Shown here: positions 9,901-20,084 of the stretch, one piece after another
Numbering within the stretch: position 1 is the first letter of the stretch
Layout of the letters: the number at the start of each line of letters is the position of its first letter
Assembly: GCA_041653535.1 (NCBI GenBank)
Contig: JBAZFH010000001.1
Coordinates: forward strand, 150,175-214,174
Direction of reading: 5' to 3'
Length of the DNA: 64,000 nt
Source: Patescibacteria group bacterium
GTDB taxonomy: Bacteria; Patescibacteriota; Patescibacteriia; JACRDY01
Translations under genes and position numbers: made by a program
Notes under the pieces: model-generated
Seen by the model: the letters and a program-made list of their open reading frames with translations, nothing else
The model's database searches: none
What the model was told of the DNA's origin: nothing

Positions 9901-12900
9901 TTATTATACCTGGGAAGGCAGCGAGGCGACCGGTTATCAGTTAAAACTTTATACTCTCAAAGGCGATCCTACCGGCACTGCCGGATCGCGTTCGCCTTTT
10001 ACCATTACTGTTGTTGATCATCCGGTGGATTGTCAGGCTTATTACGGAAAACAGCCGGGAGATGAAAACTATGATGCTTTTATATCTGGAAACTGCAAAG
10101 AATTTTATGACCAAAAAGGACAGCTTTATTATCGGCTTTTAGCAGATACGGTTTTATGTACCAGCGACTGTCATCCTTATCGTTTGACTACGGTACAAAA
10201 CGGCGTTGATTTCTTTGATAAAGCTGACTGCGTCGCTTCCGGCGGATTGGTAACGCAATGTGAATATAACGGCGCTGACGGCGCTATCAACACCACTTCT
10301 TGTATTGCTCAGGGAGGTATTCACTACAACGGTATTTGCTACAATTTAAATAGCGCTAGTGCTTGTACTAGCGTGGGAGGTAATAGATTTGAAGATTATG
10401 CCAGCCAATGCCGATATTTGGCAACCGCCAGCGGCAGCGTTAAATGTTCCGCTCCTGGCTGTCAGGCGTATAAAGGTAATTTTGCCGGCAACAAACGTTT
10501 GGTTTTTGAGGACGGGTTTGACGGTGCGCAGGTAAATGACCAGTTGGTTGATAAATGGTCTGGCGGTATCGTTGTCAGTGAAGCTTATTCGGTTGGCTAT
10601 CATTCTTATCGTAATTTGGATTTAAGCAGCGCCGAGGTCACCCGTTCATTAGAAGTAAAAAATACTGACGGTAATGTAATTGATTATGAGGCAAGGCAGG
10701 GTCAGTTTTATACTCTGTCTTTTTGGGCAAAATCAATGCAGGAGAACAGTCAAATCAAAATATATCTTTCCGGAGTCATCGGTTCAGATCAAGAAAATGA
10801 TCCTTGGAGCTATTTTGACTACGGCAGTGATGATGCCGGTGCTGGTTATCAGGCGACTGTTTTTGGTAACGAGTGGCGTTATTACCAGCTTGGTCCGGTG
10901 TTTGTTGATTGGTCGGCGAACAACGCTAGTTTGGTTTTTGAAAAAATTAACAGTAATTTTTATATCGACAATGTTAAGCTGGAAGAGGTAAAAGATACGG
11001 CTTATTTGATTCGTAATAGCTGGAAAACCCCAACTGCCTGCGATCAAAATCACTCCGGGGCAGCCGCGCCGCAATATATGTTGGGCTGCAAAGCCTATCA
11101 GGACAGCAATAACGCTTTGCAATACTTCAAATCATTTACTCGTTTGTGTGAGCAATCGGTAATCGGCTGCGAGGCGGTGATTAAGACCTATAATTCTTCT
11201 TTGCCCTATCAACAGGTATTTAATCGTACTTGTTCTCTTGACGCCGCTTGTTCGCCGTGGGAAGGAGATACTAGCTGTCCTTGTTCGATTAGTCGCGACG
11301 GTGGTACGGTAGAGGTCTGTAAAGTAGCCTCCGGCGCAACCAATTGCCTTTATACTTATACTGAACCTTCGGCGATGATGACTTCTGGCGGCGCTGCCGA
11401 GGTGAATGTGGCGCACGATAAATTTATTTTTGTAGTCAATAAATCTCAGTATTCTTGTACTGCCGACGATCGTGGTTGCAGTGTCGTTGCTGAGCCGGAA
11501 GTCGGTCAAGACGATCAGTTGATTATGGATGGTAGTGGAATAAAGATTAAAGAAACAAAATATTTCCGTAACAATCCCGATAAATACGATACTGATCTTT
11601 GTACCGCCGATGCTTTTGGTTGCGACGAGTTTAGCGCGGCTGTCGAAGGGTTAAACCCGATTTATTTCAAAGATCCGCGAGACAAGCTGTGTGAGTACAA
11701 GCAGCATCCGACTTACGGTTCTTATGGTTGGTATAAAAAAGGCACAAATGAAGCGTGTCCGGAAAGTGCATATGAAATAGCCACAACCTGTCATTATGAC
11801 GCGATTCTCGGCGGTTGGAAGAAAAATCTGACAGATGATGAAGTTTGTGAGTACAAAAACTCGGCGTGGTATAACAAAGATACCGACACTCTTTGTGTTT
11901 ATAACACCACTACTCTGGCAACCAAGGTGGGAGATTGTGTTGCGCCGACTACCACTTTAGGTTGGGCAAAACAGTGTCCGAGCAAATACACCAGTTGTAC
12001 CAAATTTGTCGATCCGGTCGGTAGCTCCCAGCAAGACAATAATGTTTATTATTATTTGGATAATAATAATTTAAACCGTAATGAATGTTCTGCCGGTTCT
12101 TCTCAGCGAGAAGGTTGCGTGCTTTTCAATAATTACAACACAATTGACTGGAAATCAGCGGAAAAAAATCTTTCCTGGACGCCGCCGTTAAATAAAAGCG
12201 CGGCAGCTACTTATCAAAAAAGTGACGAGGAAGCTAATGGCAGAAAAGTGTCTCCGGTAAACTGCGCTAATGAAGCTACTGCTGGCAACGACTGGAAATA
12301 TTGCGGAGAAAACGAAGCCAACGATTTAATCAAGGTTCGTCGCGACCGTGTTTGCGCTGAATGGATTGATTGCGAAAGTACTTACGAAACTTTTGACAAT
12401 GAAACCGGTAAATTCGTGCCGATTTGTCTGAAAACCATGCCTTGCACTCAAAAAGACCCTGGAGAAGGCGAGTCCGGAGTTTTGAAATGTCGCAGTCAAG
12501 AAGCGATAAAACCGCAATACGGCGCCACGTTTATGCTTTGGGCTCCAGGTCAAAATTGTGGCAACGGATCTGTAAATACCGGTGAAGAATGCGATGATGG
12601 CAATAACACTGATGGTGATGGTTGTACTTCTGATTGTAAAAAAGAACCGGTAGTGTTTCGACCTTTGAGTAAATCCGAAGGTATGGCATCCGCGTACAGC
12701 GTTAACGGACCGCTTGATATTAACAAATATCTGAATCGTTCGCTTAAATGGGACGGCTATGAATATTCCGGTTATTCGATCGCTGATTTGCGTCCGGCTT
12801 GGTCGCTGCACCAAATCGCCAAAGGAACATGTAAAAACGATCCGAACAAGGTTTGCTATTTTAGCAAGGACTGCGGCGGCGCAGAATGCGTTTTCGGGTC

Positions 12901-15721
12901 TGATTATGAACTCGCGTATGTTGATATTGATATTAATGGTAATACTAATATTTATGGTGTTGACGCCGGAGGCGTTAAAATAAATAAAGAATGTCGAGGT
13001 TATCCTGATCAAGCCGCGCCTTTCCGCAAGGGTTTGGCAGACAATAGCGCTTTTAATAAAGCTAATCTATGTAGCATTACAGGAGACTGTGATTGTAGTT
13101 ATATTAAATGGGACGTGAATGATGCGGCGACCGCCTTTTTGCCGATTGATTATACTCCAAAAGAAGTTAATGGAGGCGTCTATGATCGGATTTGCACGCA
13201 AGCGGTAAAAGATGGTCCTAAAGTTGTTGGCGATCCGTGCCGGGTAGATAGTGACTGCATGTCTCCGGAGGACGAGCCGGATTATGTTAGCTCTGATTCT
13301 GGTACTTCCTATCTTCCTTATGTCGATCCGGTTAATGGTGGGCAGACAGCGCCGGCAACCCCCAGCCCGTATGATGTATGTAAAAGACCAACCAAAGAAC
13401 TAAAATATCTGGGCTGGAAGGGGTATTGTTTGGAAAAAATAAAAAATGTGGCAATTAACGGTGCGGCGAACGAACATCCTTGTTTAACCTGGATGCCGAT
13501 AGATCTGTTGCAGGGAGAGGCCGATTCGTACAGTAATATGCCGACAGCTGAGGCTGATATTGCTAATAATCAGCATTATTATTGTTTGGCAGCCGACGGT
13601 AATGCGCCATATGTCAAAAATATTATCAATAATTATGGCAGCAGTTATAGTAATCTAAAAAATTGTGCCACTGGCTATTCGAGTCCGGATTGTGCTTTTG
13701 CCTGGTACGGCACCGAAATAAGCGGAAATACTTTTTCTCCGACTAAAACTCTTCCCGAGGCAAGAATTGTTACCGATATAACGAATGGATCCAGTCTAAA
13801 AATAGAAGTGCAGCCAACCAGCGAACAAGGTTCAACCTTTATGGAGTGGCAGCCGACTGATACGCAGGCATTTAATAAAAACGACGTCAAAGCGATGTCT
13901 TTCGAGATAATAGATGCTGTTGAGAGCTGCCAGGATTCAACCACTAAATCTTGGCCGCAAGATATTTTGACCGGTGAACAAGGTACTGGCGGTTGTGTTG
14001 GAAGAAAAGTAGTATTTTTTAATGATATAAACGATCGCACTACTTTCTATCGTCAAAAGGCTGACGGAGTGAATTTATACGGACGAGGAGTCAGGGCAAG
14101 CGCGGCAATGACTTATAACTATCCTAATAAAATAATAAAGACTCAAAACGCATCTTTGGAATATTATTGGGATCAGCACGAGTCTACTCTTCCCGAGGAT
14201 CAAGAGCCGGAAATTTTGCCCAACAGGTCGTTTCATGTTTATCATTATGCCAAGTTTCAAACCGGTAATAACTATAGCGAGGTCTGGATTTACACAACTA
14301 GTATATTTAGGAACGATGCGGAGTGTCCCGGATGGAATATTTTTGATCCTCTTTTCAAGATCGGTTGTCACCACGGACCATCCGGACAAATACAAGTTTG
14401 GTGGGATAAAAACGGTTATTTAAGTCGAATCATATTGATTGCGGAAATACATGATAACAACGCTTATTATCAAGTGAAGCCATTAGTGTATTTCAAAGAA
14501 AACTGTCGTGAGCTGGTAAGAGTCACTCCTGACACTGCCCAGGCATCGTCGGTAAAAATGACATCTGTTTGGACTGATAGAATTTGGCAAGAATCAAAAG
14601 CTAATTTCAAAGTTAAAGATTTGAAATACGGTCTTAGCGGCAATCGTACCGAACCGTTTGGTCGTTCTTACTATACTTCGGGTATTATCCCCGCAGAACA
14701 GGAATACAATATCGAAGATGGTAATACAATAGATGCCGGTATGCCGTATGGCGGAGCGTTATCCACCGGCAATAAGGTGTCGTCTTATTGTTTGGGCGGC
14801 GGTTCGAAAAACGGAGATGTTTGTCTGACATCCGACGACTGCACTAATAGTAGTTGGATTGGTATTTGTATCGGTGCAAAACCGCGGGTAACCGGGGAAA
14901 ATTACGTCGAGGGCACGCTCGCTACCGCCAAGGATCGTTTATCTGATATTTTCGCGCGTTCATACGGTGTTTTCTATGAGCAGCGCGATAATGATCAGTT
15001 TGGTGAATGGATCGAGGGAAACAATAGTACAAATGGTTGGGATAAACGCAGGGAATACGGTCATGGTGACGCGCCGATAATTCGTGGCGTGTTGTTATCT
15101 GACACAGAACAGTCAAGCGGTAATTTTGCTATTATCGGCGACGGTGACGAAGGTAGCAGTGCCGATAACTGGATCAGTGTTAACTATTCTCAGAATTCCA
15201 ACCTGATATCCAGAGGTCAGTATTGGGCGTTTATCAATTTTTACGCTTATAACAAAAGCGGCGAGCATATGCCGCTACGACAGATTAAAGTTGATTGGAA
15301 GGGTAACGGCAGCGATATCTATGCTTTGAATGAAGACGATGCCATAGCTTATGCTAATTATAAACCGCATTGTGCTGGCGACTCTGATGCAGCGGATAAT
15401 TTTGGTGATGTTTTGGGCGTATCGTGTAAAGAAAACTTTTTCTCTTTTGAACATATTTATACTTATGATCCGACTGACTATACCACCTTTAAATCAAGCT
15501 GTACTGATGGTTCCGGTCAAAAATACATAGTCGACGATTCGGTTTTCGGCACTTATTCCGGTCCGTGCAATGTTTATAAGCCAAAAGCCCAGGTAACCGA
15601 CAACTGGGGAATTTGCGGTGATGGTTGCGGTAGCGGAGCGTGTTTGGATAGCGAATGTGCGCTCAATCATGGCTGGGCGGCTTATCCGAAAAATATTATA
15701 GTTTTACCGCCACAAAAATAA
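6956..15721 (+). CDS. Giant secreted Cys-rich surface protein (2921 aa) with two CBM-like domains, a Myxococcus-type Cys-rich repeat and a possible PKD/Ig-like C-terminus
   Basis: Uninterrupted ORF; N-terminal signal peptide; NLVVNGSF...DNIQIEE and YTLSFWAK...DNVKLEE segments; CGNGSVNTGEECDDGNNTDGDGCTSDC. Confidence 0.8.
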   Translation: MQKKANKVIISLLLAIFCLFLFLPWHSILAQDLGGGEVVYGPENNPNPITPATPAGAAVMVTDIINNTAANIKEVITSIRQKIVQELEASLKFSLVSSLDQMSRMFAHEVALKVAQGRDGLRSFKDARTWEQIWTDTWQSGAGEFIGTFSEDFFGDSSILCNPNPYVRFFITISLFETEVPTPKCDWREIQEAYTGLAEQSPKEWLSRLQSSFEPNQSDAGAFLIALDELEKEKNKKIEANFTPLSVDFSGRYLDNTNAGKFLTESRKDLEWFVQTSFVDMPRDIAVGKSLTAITVGSILAPAIQQFSQTYISEVMKTALKDLWGLKDPCDIKDKKGQAVISWCDDDGAHEQGPPGGTGTGYAGSYNQTEQEAQNTLSSLLVTKVRLGGEYDIVSELAACPNQYPNLNNCTINQGFADAIFQEMTLQSAVDQGLVDGNWAFGYSSPQTGLEPGPDDGISQSNIKKLRKYRIVPTGWELAANLIKQISEEQKSNNTKSLRSLMEDFYKTGPNKICDGFADDGSLVDSEESPFCGLVDPEWVLKAPQQKCTALAYGPIHITGGMRQEDCANTVDCILENDDGSCRSWGQCTRERNIWWFDGDSCPAQYDSCQEFARTSDSQKFSYLKNSLQYTQCNSANAGCKWYAVQKDGDNWQKSSGIYFDRDVEECNESNAGCNAVIRSYSGSGTNLVVNGSFSDYYIANDGDEKNYHFYDWTYNGSGKLVPEEGDVASKGSVIIPAGGRIEQSVDAGYYLGGRTFIMAFDGQNCGSNTAIQFAAVNTTLGAIAADADLTQWNSYSITYTFPANTSAHVMDFKFLSVSDSCHFDNIQIEEGKISSGYREYGNNNIAYLKIAPEYLNCDGSATEPGECDNYAPTCSADDVGCQNYTDLSDSTVIPGVVTDEDYCPAECADYKTYKQTASNFFKEKFPVYFIASTATSCSAKQSGCEEFTNLDNLAAGGEQREDYSFLRRCQKPAPFSGDCESYYTWEGSEATGYQLKLYTLKGDPTGTAGSRSPFTITVVDHPVDCQAYYGKQPGDENYDAFISGNCKEFYDQKGQLYYRLLADTVLCTSDCHPYRLTTVQNGVDFFDKADCVASGGLVTQCEYNGADGAINTTSCIAQGGIHYNGICYNLNSASACTSVGGNRFEDYASQCRYLATASGSVKCSAPGCQAYKGNFAGNKRLVFEDGFDGAQVNDQLVDKWSGGIVVSEAYSVGYHSYRNLDLSSAEVTRSLEVKNTDGNVIDYEARQGQFYTLSFWAKSMQENSQIKIYLSGVIGSDQENDPWSYFDYGSDDAGAGYQATVFGNEWRYYQLGPVFVDWSANNASLVFEKINSNFYIDNVKLEEVKDTAYLIRNSWKTPTACDQNHSGAAAPQYMLGCKAYQDSNNALQYFKSFTRLCEQSVIGCEAVIKTYNSSLPYQQVFNRTCSLDAACSPWEGDTSCPCSISRDGGTVEVCKVASGATNCLYTYTEPSAMMTSGGAAEVNVAHDKFIFVVNKSQYSCTADDRGCSVVAEPEVGQDDQLIMDGSGIKIKETKYFRNNPDKYDTDLCTADAFGCDEFSAAVEGLNPIYFKDPRDKLCEYKQHPTYGSYGWYKKGTNEACPESAYEIATTCHYDAILGGWKKNLTDDEVCEYKNSAWYNKDTDTLCVYNTTTLATKVGDCVAPTTTLGWAKQCPSKYTSCTKFVDPVGSSQQDNNVYYYLDNNNLNRNECSAGSSQREGCVLFNNYNTIDWKSAEKNLSWTPPLNKSAAATYQKSDEEANGRKVSPVNCANEATAGNDWKYCGENEANDLIKVRRDRVCAEWIDCESTYETFDNETGKFVPICLKTMPCTQKDPGEGESGVLKCRSQEAIKPQYGATFMLWAPGQNCGNGSVNTGEECDDGNNTDGDGCTSDCKKEPVVFRPLSKSEGMASAYSVNGPLDINKYLNRSLKWDGYEYSGYSIADLRPAWSLHQIAKGTCKNDPNKVCYFSKDCGGAECVFGSDYELAYVDIDINGNTNIYGVDAGGVKINKECRGYPDQAAPFRKGLADNSAFNKANLCSITGDCDCSYIKWDVNDAATAFLPIDYTPKEVNGGVYDRICTQAVKDGPKVVGDPCRVDSDCMSPEDEPDYVSSDSGTSYLPYVDPVNGGQTAPATPSPYDVCKRPTKELKYLGWKGYCLEKIKNVAINGAANEHPCLTWMPIDLLQGEADSYSNMPTAEADIANNQHYYCLAADGNAPYVKNIINNYGSSYSNLKNCATGYSSPDCAFAWYGTEISGNTFSPTKTLPEARIVTDITNGSSLKIEVQPTSEQGSTFMEWQPTDTQAFNKNDVKAMSFEIIDAVESCQDSTTKSWPQDILTGEQGTGGCVGRKVVFFNDINDRTTFYRQKADGVNLYGRGVRASAAMTYNYPNKIIKTQNASLEYYWDQHESTLPEDQEPEILPNRSFHVYHYAKFQTGNNYSEVWIYTTSIFRNDAECPGWNIFDPLFKIGCHHGPSGQIQVWWDKNGYLSRIILIAEIHDNNAYYQVKPLVYFKENCRELVRVTPDTAQASSVKMTSVWTDRIWQESKANFKVKDLKYGLSGNRTEPFGRSYYTSGIIPAEQEYNIEDGNTIDAGMPYGGALSTGNKVSSYCLGGGSKNGDVCLTSDDCTNSSWIGICIGAKPRVTGENYVEGTLATAKDRLSDIFARSYGVFYEQRDNDQFGEWIEGNNSTNGWDKRREYGHGDAPIIRGVLLSDTEQSSGNFAIIGDGDEGSSADNWISVNYSQNSNLISRGQYWAFINFYAYNKSGEHMPLRQIKVDWKGNGSDIYALNEDDAIAYANYKPHCAGDSDAADNFGDVLGVSCKENFFSFEHIYTYDPTDYTTFKSSCTDGSGQKYIVDDSVFGTYSGPCNVYKPKAQVTDNWGICGDGCGSGACLDSECALNHGWAAYPKNIIVLPPQK

Positions 15722-15746
15722 CTAAAAACCTTTAGTCAAAAATATC

Positions 15747-18605
15747 ATGACGCAATGGTTTAAAAAGAAAATTTTGCAAAAAAGAACAACGACCGCGGTG
15801 GTTACGGTTTTGATTTTAGTTGTTATTTTTTTGGTCTTGCCGCAAGTAACTCACGCCTCTTCAATATCGGAAACAATGTCTGAACTAATGGCATCCATTG
15901 TTAACGGTTTGGGTAAACTCTGTGTGATGATAATTGATGCCGTGGTTTATATCGCTTCTTATGATTCTTTTGTTATTTCCGCGCCAGTGATATACGGCTG
16001 GGTGATTATTCGTGACATTTGTAACATGTTTTTTATTTTGATTTTGTTGATCATCGCTTTAGCGACCATATTACGTCGCGATAGTTATAATTATAAATCA
16101 TTACTGCCAAAAGTGTTGATTTTGGCGTTATTAATCAATTTTTCCAAAACCATTTGTGGCTTTGCTGTTGATATTGCCCAGATAGTGATGTTGACGTTTG
16201 TTAACGGTTTCAAAGACATGGGTCCGGGTAATCTGATGAAAATGGCGGGAGTGGACAGGATGTTGTCTTTTAGTTCTACGGCGGTTCAGGTCAAATCCGA
16301 AAGTGGATCAAGTGCAACGGCTGATATTAGCGATAGTACTTTCGCTATTTATTTTTATGCCGTATTGTACCTGCTGACTTTATTGGCGGTGCTTTTAGTG
16401 ATGGCAGTGATATTGATTTTCCGCATCGTAATACTTTGGTTTTTGATTGTTATTTCGCCGATATTTTTTCTATTACTATCCTTTCCTCATGGAGAAAGCT
16501 ATGCCAAAGAATGGTCTAACGAGTTTGTTAAAGCGTTAATAGTCGGTCCGGTGTTGGCTTTTTTTATCTGGTTATCAATGGCAAGCATGGGTTATATGGT
16601 AAGCGCTGCCGGTGATGGCGGTGACGCTTTATCGGTTGATTCAACTTCTGATAGCACAATAGAGGCGACGCTTTCGGCTGGCGATGGAGCTTCGGGAACG
16701 CCCGGGTTTTTTACCAATTTTTGCGTCGCGACAATCATGCTGATAGCGGGTGTAATACAGGCGCAACAAATCGGCGGTGCGGGCGGTGCGGCAGCGTTTC
16801 GTGCTGTCGGCAAGGCGAAAGCTTTGGGTTTGAAGACTGCTAAAGCTGGAATTGGTCTTACTAAAAGTGCGGTCGGAGTCGGTTGGCAGGCAACTAAAAT
16901 TGGTGCCGGTGCGGCCGCTTTATACGGATATTCGAAAACCGGTTATGATCTTTCTCAATTTACTCCAAGTAAATTAAAAGAAAGGGCAAGCGAGGCCTTG
17001 GAGGGCGCGCGTGAAAGGCTGGAGGGTAGAGGAGCTAAAGAACGGGATCGCAGAGCAGCACAAAACCTTTCAGAAGGAAAGTCTCGCATTGAGGCATGGA
17101 AAGATCCGGCAGGAACATTTGCTCGGCAGATTGCGACTAACGGTTTTTGGTCCGGTACAAAAGGGGCTGTAAAAGATATTTTTGTCGCTAAACGCAGTGC
17201 CGCAAAAATTCAGAAAGACATTGATGATGCTAATGATCAGAAAAAACAATACCAAGATGTTTCCAATAAAAGAAATGATATCAATAATGTTCAAAGCCAA
17301 AGGGAAGCCGTGAGGAGTCAGCTAGCTGATATTGATGAAAAAATCAAGAGCGGTGCATTGTCTGCCGATAAGGCGCTGGAAGCTAAGAAGCAAAAAATGG
17401 ACCTTATTTTACGTAACGGTGATTTAGAGAAAGAAGAAACTAAATTGAAAGCAGAAGAGGCATCATTACTCAGCGGTTTGAATATTAATAAAGAAATTGA
17501 TGTGATGGAGCAGCAGTTGGATGGTTTGGAGAAAGGTTATGGTATATCGGCAAATAATGATAGAAGAGCTAAACAAGCGCAAGATGCCGTTAAAACTAAA
17601 GCCGAAGCTGAAGCTCGGGGTGATAGTGCCGCTGCCGCTGCCGCTCAAACTTTTCTTGATAAAATTTCTGATTATGAAGAAACCAAAAAGACCGTTGATA
17701 GTAGAGCGGCGCTACTTGGTCAGCGCGGCGTTTTGGGTAACATCAGCAGTCTTAATCAAAAAACTAATTCTTTGAGTAAAGAGGCGGCAACGATTAAAAC
17801 CCCGTCAGAATATACTCGTGCTCGAAGAGAAGCGGTGCAAAAGTCAGTAGAAAATTTGCCAGATGATCTGAACGATGTTGACGTGATTAAACAAGCGGTA
17901 GCCGATGCTATTGGTGATCATGATGGCAGCGCTTTGGAAATTTTACTCAATAAAGCGATGCAAAACGGGCAAATGGACGATGTTTTGATGAATCAGGGAT
18001 TTAGTGCTGATGACCAAGGATTAAAAGCGCTTCGTGATAAATATATGACGGTTTCCAAAGATCAGGGTGGTATGGGTATGAAATCGGCCGAAGCTAATAG
18101 AATCATTGGCGAATTGGAACGCCTTGCTTGGACAAAGGATCACGATCATTATGCTGCTGGCGTGGTGAACGAAGCAGGATATTATAGAGACAGAACCAAG
18201 GAAGAACAAATGGCTATACGCACGCAGAAGTCAGAAAAAGGCATGGGTAAAAGTGTTAATTTTTGGCGCCAAAGCAACGGTTCCGAGCTGGGTCATTCGC
18301 GCGCCGACGGTAGTTTTGAGGCGGACACCGCTGGTTATGCTATTGTGGCTAAAAATTTCAAAACTTTAGCTCAAGCAGTTATAGCCGGAACAGCCAGCTC
18401 TCAGATGATGGGAAAACTAAAATCAATGGTTGACGGAATACAGTCTTTGGTAAGACAGGGTGTTATTGATCATAAAGATTCATCAAGGGTTGTTGAGATA
18501 ATCAGAGAATCCAGAGTTCCTGCTTCTGGTCAAAAGTCGGTGATAAAACTTTCCAGAGAGTTTAATGATTCGATAGAGAAAGCTTTAAATAAGGGAAGAA
18601 AATAA
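15747..18605 (+). CDS. VirB6/TrbL-like polytopic membrane protein with long coiled-coil C-terminus
   Basis: GWVIIRDICNMFF, LLINFSKTICGFAVD, RIVILWFLIVISP, W...F.K...GP; Gly/Ala-rich linker; T4SS gene context. Confidence 0.7.
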   Translation: MTQWFKKKILQKRTTTAVVTVLILVVIFLVLPQVTHASSISETMSELMASIVNGLGKLCVMIIDAVVYIASYDSFVISAPVIYGWVIIRDICNMFFILILLIIALATILRRDSYNYKSLLPKVLILALLINFSKTICGFAVDIAQIVMLTFVNGFKDMGPGNLMKMAGVDRMLSFSSTAVQVKSESGSSATADISDSTFAIYFYAVLYLLTLLAVLLVMAVILIFRIVILWFLIVISPIFFLLLSFPHGESYAKEWSNEFVKALIVGPVLAFFIWLSMASMGYMVSAAGDGGDALSVDSTSDSTIEATLSAGDGASGTPGFFTNFCVATIMLIAGVIQAQQIGGAGGAAAFRAVGKAKALGLKTAKAGIGLTKSAVGVGWQATKIGAGAAALYGYSKTGYDLSQFTPSKLKERASEALEGARERLEGRGAKERDRRAAQNLSEGKSRIEAWKDPAGTFARQIATNGFWSGTKGAVKDIFVAKRSAAKIQKDIDDANDQKKQYQDVSNKRNDINNVQSQREAVRSQLADIDEKIKSGALSADKALEAKKQKMDLILRNGDLEKEETKLKAEEASLLSGLNINKEIDVMEQQLDGLEKGYGISANNDRRAKQAQDAVKTKAEAEARGDSAAAAAAQTFLDKISDYEETKKTVDSRAALLGQRGVLGNISSLNQKTNSLSKEAATIKTPSEYTRARREAVQKSVENLPDDLNDVDVIKQAVADAIGDHDGSALEILLNKAMQNGQMDDVLMNQGFSADDQGLKALRDKYMTVSKDQGGMGMKSAEANRIIGELERLAWTKDHDHYAAGVVNEAGYYRDRTKEEQMAIRTQKSEKGMGKSVNFWRQSNGSELGHSRADGSFEADTAGYAIVAKNFKTLAQAVIAGTASSQMMGKLKSMVDGIQSLVRQGVIDHKDSSRVVEIIRESRVPASGQKSVIKLSREFNDSIEKALNKGRK

Positions 18606-18622
18606 GATTAAAATAAAAAATC

Positions 18623-19975
18623 ATGACAGATTTTAGCTTAACAGATTATCAAATATTGGAACAATTCCGTCGCGAGACAGACGAGATTTTAGTTACCAAT
18701 AATTTACGCGATGCGGTTAATTGCCTTACCACACTGCAAAAGACTATGGCTTATGACACAAAAATAAAGGATTACCCTGACATACTGGTTGAATATAATA
18801 AAATATTGAATAAACTGCGTTTAGTTGCTTTTGCTTCACTGGACTGGAACGAAGCTTTGTCTTTTTTGAAGAATAATTTTTTGGTTGCCCTGGAAAACAA
18901 GGAATTTATTGATCTAACCGATAAAATACGCAGCAAACTTGTTACTGTTCCGACGTTAGAGGAGAGAGATAACTATCGGATGCGTTTGCGTCGGGCGCTG
19001 ACACAAAACGGGGAAAGAATTACCTTTAAACCGTTAAAAGTAGGTGATCAGACTCAAGATCCGACAGTCGCCAACTGGCTCAAATTGTATTTGGGATCAT
19101 TGGGAGTTGAGTTGGTTAATCGCGTGACTTATCAGGGTTGGTTGTCACAAGAACAAAATATTCAGCAGTTAACGGAAGAAGAAAAGGAGAGAATAAAATA
19201 TCTTTTTGAAGTATATGAAGAATTAAAACTATCTTCCGTTTCAGTCGAAGGCTGCGAAGAAACTTTTGTTATCGATGAAGATACTGACACTCCTTTGGTG
19301 CTTTATCGCGGTAAAATAGAATCGGCTCTGCCACCGCAAGAAGACATTGATTTACTGAAAAAAATCGAAGCTGTTTTAAGCGGCAAACCAGTATCATTAT
19401 CCGCCCCAACAGGCGCGCCGTCACAGCCAGCCGTTATCTCGGCACCGATACCAGCAGTAGCAAAACCGGCAACGTCAGCTATTGATCGTGATGAGATAAT
19501 CCGTAAATATGAAGGTGATGTTAAAGAAAACAGAAGTATTGAAGACAGGATGACTCAATTTACCAAGACAACTGGCGGTAAGCAAAGAGAACTGGCAAAT
19601 AGTTTGAATTTGCTTTTGACCGGTGCTGCGCCAGATAAACTAGATATTATCGCTATCCTTTATATTTTAGCGAAAAAAAATGCGATGGAAGATTTGATTA
19701 AAGATGATGATCGTTTTTACAAGCTGGTTGAACAGGATCTGACCAGACGAGGCGGTAAACAACAACTTAATGATTTTAAGATGTATCCGACAGCACCCCA
19801 ATCTATTCGATATTTTCTTGAAGTTTTATTGCAGCACAAACTAAGGCTGTCAGAGGGTGAAGCGGCAAAGTGGGGGTTGCATATTGTTAATATTTTGAAA
19901 AAATCCGGCAATGAAAAATACGGAAAAATCGCTTATTTTGATTTGGAAGCAGGAGATTTTCGTTGGCAAAAATAG
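18623..19975 (+). CDS. Hypothetical cytoplasmic protein in T4SS-like operon
   Basis: 450-aa ORF, two helical regions joined by a Pro/Ala linker; co-oriented. Confidence 0.75.
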   Translation: MTDFSLTDYQILEQFRRETDEILVTNNLRDAVNCLTTLQKTMAYDTKIKDYPDILVEYNKILNKLRLVAFASLDWNEALSFLKNNFLVALENKEFIDLTDKIRSKLVTVPTLEERDNYRMRLRRALTQNGERITFKPLKVGDQTQDPTVANWLKLYLGSLGVELVNRVTYQGWLSQEQNIQQLTEEEKERIKYLFEVYEELKLSSVSVEGCEETFVIDEDTDTPLVLYRGKIESALPPQEDIDLLKKIEAVLSGKPVSLSAPTGAPSQPAVISAPIPAVAKPATSAIDRDEIIRKYEGDVKENRSIEDRMTQFTKTTGGKQRELANSLNLLLTGAAPDKLDIIAILYILAKKNAMEDLIKDDDRFYKLVEQDLTRRGGKQQLNDFKMYPTAPQSIRYFLEVLLQHKLRLSEGEAAKWGLHIVNILKKSGNEKYGKIAYFDLEAGDFRWQK

Positions 19976-20084
19976 GTTTGCAGTGTTAGATCGTGAAAAC
20001 GACGGAGTAAATGGCGCAAAAAGGCATTATTATTACCCTTGCTTTTTTTGCTCTTGCGCTCTTGTCTTTTAAAAACAAGCTATT

